Source: Auanema rhodensis
Taxonomy: Eukaryota > Animalia > Nematoda
NCBI GenBank assembly: GCA_964057225.1
Contig: OZ059897.1
Span: 20,460,001-20,524,000, forward strand
Direction: 5' to 3'
DNA length: 64,000 nucleotides
Shown: positions 1 to 9,300 of the stretch, in pieces
Position numbering within the stretch: position 1 is the first letter of the stretch
Layout: each line of letters opens with the position of its first letter
Notes under the pieces: generated by a model
Database searches by the model: none
What the model was told of the DNA's origin: nothing
The model's input: the letters and a program-made list of their open reading frames with translations, nothing else
Made by a program: the position numbers and the translations under genes

Positions 1-11
1 CATTTGATACC

Positions 12-78
12 TCGGTGCATTTTTAAGCTAGCGCAAATCTGATAACACAGATCGACGCAGCTTAAAAATCCGCATCGA
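12..78. other. Long imperfect inverted repeat in every monomer (example: M1)
   Basis: atttttaagct (19-29) / agcttaaaaat (59-69) is a perfect 11-bp pair. Outer tcggtgc (12-18) / gcatcga (72-78) has one G.T. Inner pairs are gcg (31-33) / cgc (56-58) and atctg (37-41) / cagat (48-52), with a 6-nt loop. Confidence 0.9.
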
Positions 79-152
79 ATGCACTATACTACATTAAGAA
101 ACGCTTAATACAAAAATTAGTTATGATCGTTTGAAAAATGATGCATTAGTGT

Positions 153-180
153 ATGTTGAGTTTCCATGTACACTCAACAT
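153..180. other. 9-bp perfect inverted repeat with 10-nt loop (example: M1)
   Basis: atgttgagt (153-161) / actcaacat (172-180). Confidence 0.9.
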
Positions 181-193
181 TGCTTCCGAAAAC

Positions 194-228
194 ATTTTGA
201 CAAAAATTTTTTCGAAAAATTTCAAAAT
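194..228. other. A/T-tract palindrome centred on CG (example: M1)
   Basis: tttttcgaaaaa (208-219) is a perfect 12-bp palindrome, flanked by attttga (194-200) / tcaaaat (222-228). Confidence 0.88.
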
Positions 229-330
229 AATTTAGCAAAAAGTAGATGTTTTTAGATTCCTTTTTTCAAGGCAAAGACGATGAACAATGTTATTCAACGA
301 AAAAATTAATTCTTCAGGGTGAAAATCGAG

Positions 331-361
331 GATATAAGTGTGAACTTATATCAGATGATAT
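331..361. other. 9-bp stem with 4-nt loop overlapping a second dyad (example: M1/M2 boundary)
   Basis: gatataagt (331-339) - gtga/gtaa - acttatatc (344-352), overlapping atatca (348-353) - NN - tgatat (356-361). Confidence 0.9.
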
Positions 362-3300
362 CTCGGTGCATTTTTAAGCTAGCGCAAATCTGATAACACA
401 GATCGACGCAGCTTAAAAATCCGCATCGAATGCACTATACTACATTGAGAAACGCTTAATACAAAAATTAGTTATGATCGTTTGAAAAATGATGCATTAG
501 TGTATGTTGAGTTTCCATGTACACTCAACATTGCTTCCAAAAACATTTTGACAAAAATTTTTTCGAAAAATTTCAGAATAATTTAGCAAAAAGTAGATGT
601 TTTTAGATTCCTTTTTTCAAGGCAAAGACAATGGACCATGTTATTCAACGAAAAAATTAATTCTTCAGGGTGAAAATCGAGGATATAAGTGTGAACTTAT
701 ATCAGTTGATATCTCGGTGCATTTTTAAGCTAGCGCAAATCTGATAACACAGATCGACGCAGCTTAAAAATCCGCATCGAATGCACTATACTACATTAAG
801 AAACGCTTAATACAAAAATTAGTTATGATCGTTTGAAAAATGATGCATTAGTGTATGTTGAGTTTCCATGTACACTCAACATTGCTTTCAAAAACATTTT
901 GACAAAAATTTTTTCGAAAAATTTCAAAATAATTTAGCAAAAAGTAGATGTTTTTAGATTCCTTTTTTCAAGGCAAAGACGATGGACAATGTTATTCAAC
1001 GAAAAAATTAATTCTTCAGGGTGAAAATCGAGGATATAAGTGTAAACTTATATCAGTTGATATCTCGGTGCATTTTTAAGCTAGCGCAAATCTGATAACA
1101 CAGATCGACGCAGCTTAAAAATCCGCATCGAATGCACTATACTACATTGAGAAACGCTTAATACAAAAATTAGTTATGATCGTTTGAAAAATGATGCATT
1201 AGTGTATGTTGAGTTTCCATGTACACTCAACATTGCTTCCAAAAACATTTTGACAAAAATTTTTTCGAAAAATTTCAAAATAATTTAGCAAAAAGTAGAT
1301 GTTTTTAGATTCCTTTTTTCAAGGCAAAGACGATGGACAATGTTATTTAACGAAAAAATTAATTCTTCAGGGTGAAAATCGAGGATAAAAGTGTAAACTT
1401 ATATCAGTTGATATCTCGGTGCATTTTTAAGCTAGCGCAAATCTGATAACACAGATCGACGCAGCTTAAAAATCCGCATCGAATGCACTATACTACATTG
1501 AGAAACGCTTAATACAAAAATTAGTTATGATCGTTTGAAAAATGATGCATTAGTGTATGTTGAGTTTCCATGTACACTCAACATTGCTTCCAAAAACATT
1601 TTGACAAAAATTTTTTCGAAAAATTTCAAAATAATTTAGCAAAAAGTAGATGTTTTTAGATTCCTTTTTTCAAGGCAAAGACAATGGACCATGTTATTCA
1701 ACGAAAAAAGTAATTCTTCAGGGTGAAAATCGAGGATATAAGTGTAAACTTATATCATTTGATATCTCGGTGCATTTTTAAGCTAGCGCAAATCTGATAA
1801 CACAGATCGACGCAGCTTAAAAATCCGCATCGAATGCACTATACTACATTAAGAAACGCTTAATACGAAAATTAGTTATGATCGTTTGAAAAATGATGCA
1901 TTAGTGTATGTTGAGTTTCCATGTACACTCAACATTGCTTCCAAAAACATTTTGACAAAAATTTTTTCGAAAAATTTCAAAATAATTTAGCAAAAAGTAG
2001 ATGTTTTTAGATTCCTTTTTTTAAGGCAAAGACAATGGACCATGTTATTCAACGAAAAAATTAATTCTTCAGGGTGAAAATCGAGGATATAAGTGTAAAC
2101 TTATATCATTTGATACCTCGGTGCATTTTTAAGCTAGCGCAAATCTGATAACACAGATCGACGCAGCTTAAAAATCCGCATCGAATGCACTATACTACAT
2201 TAAGAAACGCTTAATACAAAAATTAGTTATGATCGTTTGAAAAATGATGCATTAGTGTATGTTGAGTTTCCATGTACACTCAACATTGCTTCCGAAAACA
2301 TTTTGACAAAAATTTTTTCGAAAAATTTCAAAATAATTTAGCAAAAAGTAGATGTTTTTAGATTCCTTTTTTTAAGGCAAAGACAATGGACCATGTTATT
2401 CAACGAAAAAATTAATTCTTCAGGGTGAAAATCGAGGATATAAGTGTAAACTTATATCATTTGATACCTCGGTGCATTTTTAAGCTAGCGCAAATCTGAT
2501 AACACAGATCGACGCAGCTTAAAAATCCGCATCGAATGCACTATACTACATTAAGAAACGCTTAATACAAAAATTAGTTATGATCGTTTGAAAAATGATG
2601 CATTAGTGTATGTTGAGTTTCCATGTACACTCAACATTGCTTCCGAAAACATTTTGACAAAAATTTTTTCGAAAAATTTCAAAATAATTTAGCAAAAAGT
2701 AGATGTTTTTAGATTCCTTTTTTCAAGGCAAAGACGATGAACAATGTTATTCAACGAAAAAATTAATTCTTCAGGGTGAAAATCAAGGATATAAGTGTGA
2801 ACTTATATCAGATGATATCTCGGTGCATTTTTAAGCTAGCGCAAATCTGATAACACAGATCGACGCAGCTTAAAAATCCGCATCGAATGCACTATACTAC
2901 ATTGAGAAACGCTTAATACAAAAATTAGTTATGATCGTTTGAAAAATGATGCATTAGTGTATGTTGAGTTTCCATGTACACTCAACATTGCTTCCAAAAA
3001 CATTTTGACAAAAATTTTTTCGAAAATTTTCAAAATAATTTAGCAAAAAGTAGATGTTTTTAGATTCCTTTTTTCAAGGCAAAGACAATGGACCATGTTA
3101 TTCAACGAAAAAATTAATTCTTCAGGGTGAAAATCGAGGATATAAGTGTGAACTTATATCAGTTGATATCTCGGTGCATTTTTAAGCTAGCGCAAATCTG
3201 ATAACACAGATCGACGCAGCTTAAAAATCCGCATCGAATGCACTATACTACATTGAGAAACGCTTAATACAAAAATTAGTTATGATCGTTTGAAAAATGA

Positions 3301-6300
3301 TGCATTAGTGTATGTTGAGTTTCCATGTACACTCAACATTGCTTCCAAAAACATTTTGACAAAAATTTTTTCGAAAAATTTCAAAATAATTTAGCAAAAA
3401 GTAGATGTTTTTAGATTCCTTTTTTCAAGGCAAAGACAATGGACCATGTTATTCAACGAAAAAATTAATTCTTCAGGGTGAAAATCGAGGATATAAGTGT
3501 GAACTTATATCAGTTGATATCTCGGTGCATTTTTAAGCTAGCGCAAATCTGATAACACAGATCGACGCAGCTTAAAAATCCGCATCGAATGCACTATACT
3601 ACATTAAGAAACGCTTAATACAAAAATTAGTTATGATCGTTTGAAAAATGATGCATTAGTGTATGTTGAGTTTCCATGTACACTCAACATTGCTTCCAAA
3701 AACATTTTGACAATAATTTTTTCGAAAAATTTCAAAATAATTTAGCAAAAAGTAGATGTTTTTAGATTCCTTTATTCAAGGCAAAGACGATGGACAATGT
3801 TATTCAACGAAAAAATTAATTCTTCAGGGTGAAAATCGAGGATATAAGTGTAAACTTATATCAGTTGATATCTCGGTACATTTTTAAGCTAGCGCAAATC
3901 TGATAACACAGATCGACGCAGCTTAAAAATCCGCATCGAATGCACTATACTACATGGAAGAACGCTTAATACAAAAATTAGTTATGATCGTTTGAAAAAT
4001 GATGCATTAGTGTATGTTGAGTTTCCATGTACACTCAACATTGCTTCCAAAAACATTTTGACAAAAATTTTTTCGAAAAATTTCAAAATAATTTAGCAAA
4101 AAGTAGATGTTTTTAGATTCCTTTTTTCAAGGCAAAGACAATGGACCATGTTATTCAACGAAAAAATTAATTCTTCAGGGTGAAAATCGAGGATATAAGT
4201 GTGAACTTATATCAGTTGATATCTCGGTGCATTTTTAAGCTAGCGCAAATCTGATAACACAGATCGACGCAGCTTAAAAATCCGCATCGAATGCACTATA
4301 CTACATTAAGAAACACTTAATACAAAAATTAGTTATGATCGTTTGAAAAATGATGCATTAGTGTATGTTGAGTTTCCATGTACACTCAACATTGCTTCCA
4401 AAAACATTTTGACAAAAATTTTTTCGAAAAATTTCAAAATAATTTAGCAAAAAGTAGATGTTTTTAGATTCCTTTTTTCAAGGCAAAGACGATGAACAAT
4501 GTTATTCAACGAAAAAATTAATTCTTCAGGGTGAAAATCGAGGATATAAGTGTGAACTTATATCAGATGATATCTCGGTGCATTTTTAAGCTAGCGCAAA
4601 TCTGATAACACAGATCGACGCAGCTTAAAAATCCGCATCGAATGCACTATACTACATTGAGAAACGCTTAATACAAAAATTAGTTATGATCGTTTGAAAA
4701 ATGATGCATTAGTGTATGTTGAGTTTCCATGTACACTCAACATTGCTTCCAAAAACATTTTGACAAAAATTTTTTCGAAAAATTTCAGAATAATTTAGCA
4801 AAAAGTAGATGTTTTTAGATTCCTTTTTTCAAGGCAAAGACAATGGACCATGTTATTCAACGAAAAAATTAATTCTTCAGGGTGAAAATCGAGGATATAA
4901 GTGTGAACTTATATCAGTTGATATCTCGGTGCATTTTTAAGCTAGCGCAAATCTGATAACACAGATCGACGCAGCTTAAAAATCCGCATCGAATGCACTA
5001 TACTACATTAAGAAACGCTTAATACAAAAATTAGTTATGATCGTTTGAAAAATGATGCATTAGTGTATGTTGAGTTTCCATGTACACTCAACATTGCTTT
5101 CAAAAACATTTTGACAAAAATTTTTTCGAAAAATTTCAAAATAATTTAGCAAAAAGTAGATGTTTTTAGATTCCTTTTTTCAAGGCAAAGACGATGGACA
5201 ATGTTATTCAACGAAAAAATTAATTCTTCAGGGTGAAAATCGAGGATATAAGTGTAAACTTATATCAGTTGATATCTCGGTGCATTTTTAAGCTAGCGCA
5301 AATCTGATAACACAGATCGACGCAGCTTAAAAATCCGCATCGAATGCACTATACTACATTGAGAAACGCTTAATACAAAAATTAGTTATGATCGTTTGAA
5401 AAATGATGCATTAGTGTATGTTGAGTTTCCATGTACACTCAACATTGCTTCCAAAAACATTTTGACAAAAATTTTTTCGAAAAATTTCAAAATAATTTAG
5501 CAAAAAGTAGATGTTTTTAGATTCCTTTTTTCAAGGCAAAGACGATGGACAATGTTATTTAACGAAAAAATTAATTCTTCAGGGTGAAAATCGAGGATAA
5601 AAGTGTAAACTTATATCAGTTGATATCTCGGTGCATTTTTAAGCTAGCGCAAATCTGATAACACAGATCGACGCAGCTTAAAAATCCGCATCGAATGCAC
5701 TATACTACATTGAGAAACGCTTAATACAAAAATTAGTTATGATCGTTTGAAAAATGATGCATTAGTGTATGTTGAGTTTCCATGTACACTCAACATTGCT
5801 TCCAAAAACATTTTGACAAAAATTTTTTCGAAAAATTTCAAAATAATTTAGCAAAAAGTAGATGTTTTTAGATTCCTTTTTTCAAGGCAAAGACAATGGA
5901 CCATGTTATTCAACGAAAAAAGTAATTCTTCAGGGTGAAAATCGAGGATATAAGTGTAAACTTATATCATTTGATATCTCGGTGCATTTTTAAGCTAGCG
6001 CAAATCTGATAACACAGATCGACGCAGCTTAAAAATCCGCATCGAATGCACTATACTACATTAAGAAACGCTTAATACGAAAATTAGTTATGATCGTTTG
6101 AAAAATGATGCATTAGTGTATGTTGAGTTTCCATGTACACTCAACATTGCTTCCAAAAACATTTTGACAAAAATTTTTTCGAAAAATTTCAAAATAATTT
6201 AGCAAAAAGTAGATGTTTTTAGATTCCTTTTTTTAAGGCAAAGACAATGGACCATGTTATTCAACGAAAAAATTAATTCTTCAGGGTGAAAATCGAGGAT

Positions 6301-9300
6301 ATAAGTGTAAACTTATATCATTTGATACCTCGGTGCATTTTTAAGCTAGCGCAAATCTGATAACACAGATCGACGCAGCTTAAAAATCCGCATCGAATGC
6401 ACTATACTACATTAAGAAACGCTTAATACAAAAATTAGTTATGATCGTTTGAAAAATGATGCATTAGTGTATGTTGAGTTTCCATGTACACTCAACATTG
6501 CTTCCGAAAACATTTTGACAAAAATTTTTTCGAAAAATTTCAAAATAATTTAGCAAAAAGTAGATGTTTTTAGATTCCTTTTTTTAAGGCAAAGACAATG
6601 GACCATGTTATTCAACGAAAAAATTAATTCTTCAGGGTGAAAATCGAGGATATAAGTGTAAACTTATATCATTTGATACCTCGGTGCATTTTTAAGCTAG
6701 CGCAAATCTGATAACACAGATCGACGCAGCTTAAAAATCCGCATCGAATGCACTATACTACATTAAGAAACGCTTAATACAAAAATTAGTTATGATCGTT
6801 TGAAAAATGATGCATTAGTGTATGTTGAGTTTCCATGTACACTCAACATTGCTTCCGAAAACATTTTGACAAAAATTTTTTCGAAAAATTTCAAAATAAT
6901 TTAGCAAAAAGTAGATGTTTTTAGATTCCTTTTTTCAAGGCAAAGACGATGAACAATGTTATTCAACGAAAAAATTAATTCTTCAGGGTGAAAATCAAGG
7001 ATATAAGTGTGAACTTATATCAGATGATATCTCGGTGCATTTTTAAGCTAGCGCAAATCTGATAACACAGATCGACGCAGCTTAAAAATCCGCATCGAAT
7101 GCACTATACTACATTGAGAAACGCTTAATACAAAAATTAGTTATGATCGTTTGAAAAATGATGCATTAGTGTATGTTGAGTTTCCATGTACACTCAACAT
7201 TGCTTCCAAAAACATTTTGACAAAAATTTTTTCGAAAAATTTCAAAATAATTTAGCAAAAAGTAGATGTTTTTAGATTCCTTTTTTCAAGGCAAAGACAA
7301 TGGACCATGTTATTCAACGAAAAAAGTAATTCTTCAGGGTGAAAATCGAGGATATAAGTGTAAACTTATATCATTTGATATCTCGGTGCATTTTTAAGCT
7401 AGCGCAAATCTGATAACACAGATCGACGCAGCTTAAAAATCCGCATCGAATGCACTATACTACATTAAGAAACGCTTAATACGAAAATTAGTTATGATCG
7501 TTTGAAAAATGATGCATTAGTGTATGTTGAGTTTCCATGTACACTCAACATTGCTTCCAAAAACATTTTGACAAAAATTTTTTCGAAAAATTTCAAAATA
7601 ATTTAGCAAAAAGTAGATGTTTTTAGATTCCTTTTTTTAAGGCAAAGACAATGGACCATGTTATTCAACGAAAAAATTAATTCTTCAGGGTGAAAATCGA
7701 GGATATAAGTGTAAACTTATATCATTTGATACCTCGGTGCATTTTTAAGCTAGCGCAAATCTGATAACACAGATCGACGCAGCTTAAAAATCCGCATCGA
7801 ATGCACTATACTACATTAAGAAACGCTTAATACAAAAATTAGTTATGATCGTTTGAAAAATGATGCATTAGTGTATGTTGAGTTTCCATGTACACTCAAC
7901 ATTGCTTCCGAAAACATTTTGACAAAAATTTTTTCGAAAAATTTCAAAATAATTTAGCAAAAAGTAGATGTTTTTAGATTCCTTTTTTTAAGGCAAAGAC
8001 AATGGACCATGTTATTCAACGAAAAAATTAATTCTTCAGGGTGAAAATCGAGGATATAAGTGTAAACTTATATCATTTGATACCTCGGTGCATTTTTAAG
8101 CTAGCGCAAATCTGATAACACAGATCGACGCAGCTTAAAAATCCGCATCGAATGCACTATACTACATTAAGAAACGCTTAATACAAAAATTAGTTATGAT
8201 CGTTTGAAAAATGATGCATTAGTGTATGTTGAGTTTCCATGTACACTCAACATTGCTTCCGAAAACATTTTGACAAAAATTTTTTCGAAAAATTTCAAAA
8301 TAATTTAGCAAAAAGTAGATGTTTTTAGATTCCTTTTTTCAAGGCAAAGACGATGAACAATGTTATTCAACGAAAAAATTAATTCTTCAGGGTGAAAATC
8401 AAGGATATAAGTGTGAACTTATATCAGATGATATCTCGGTGCATTTTTAAGCTAGCGCAAATCTGATAACACAGATCGACGCAGCTTAAAAATCCGCATC
8501 GAATGCACTATACTACATTGAGAAACGCTTAATACAAAAATTAGTTATGATCGTTTGAAAAATGATGCATTAGTGTATGTTGAGTTTCCATGTACACTCA
8601 ACATTGCTTCCAAAAACATTTTGACAAAAATTTTTTCGAAAAATTTCAAAATAATTTAGCAAAAAGTAGATGTTTTTAGATTCCTTTTTTCAAGGCAAAG
8701 ACAATGGACCATGTTATTCAACGAAAAAAGTAATTCTTCAGGGTGAAAATCGAGGATATAAGTGTAAACTTATATCATTTGATATCTCGGTGCATTTTTA
8801 AGCTAGCGCAAATCTGATAACACAGATCGACGCAGCTTAAAAATCCGCATCGAATGCACTATACTACATTAAGAAACGCTTAATACGAAAATTAGTTATG
8901 ATCGTTTGAAAAATGATGCATTAGTGTATGTTGAGTTTCCATGTACACTCAACATTGCTTCCAAAAACATTTTGACAAAAATTTTTTCGAAAAATTTCAA
9001 AATAATTTAGCAAAAAGTAGATGTTTTTAGATTCCTTTTTTTAAGGCAAAGACAATGGACCATGTTATTCAACGAAAAAATTAATTCTTCAGGGTGAAAA
9101 TCGAGGATATAAGTGTAAACTTATATCATTTGATACCTCGGTGCATTTTTAAGCTAGCGCAAATCTGATAACACAGATCGACGCAGCTTAAAAATCCGCA
9201 TCGAATGCACTATACTACATTAAGAAACGCTTAATACAAAAATTAGTTATGATCGTTTGAAAAATGATGCATTAGTGTATGTTGAGTTTCCATGTACACT

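Noticed and set aside
259-271. Rho-independent terminators or bacterial promoters from hairpins and T-runs
   Set aside because: The stems are AT-rich and not followed by a proper U-tract, there is no gene context, and the sequence looks like eukaryotic satellite.
286-302. CENP-B box-like motif on the minus strand (TTTCGTTGAATAACATT)
   Set aside because: It matches the TTCG and central A but lacks the essential CGGG, so it is not a canonical box.
255-325. Hammerhead ribozyme, as known in some satellites; the minus strand has CTGAAGA (complement of 311-317) and the plus strand has CTGATAA at 39-45
   Set aside because: I could not build stem II followed directly by GAAA, nor stems I/III with an NUH site. 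The plus-strand motif lacks the conserved G of CUGANGA. An Infernal/Rfam search would settle it.
1-351. tRNA, 5S rRNA, snRNA or spliced-leader RNA tandem gene array
   Set aside because: I recognise no cloverleaf, Pol III A/B/C boxes, 5S or SL sequence on either strand; not excluded without a covariance-model search.
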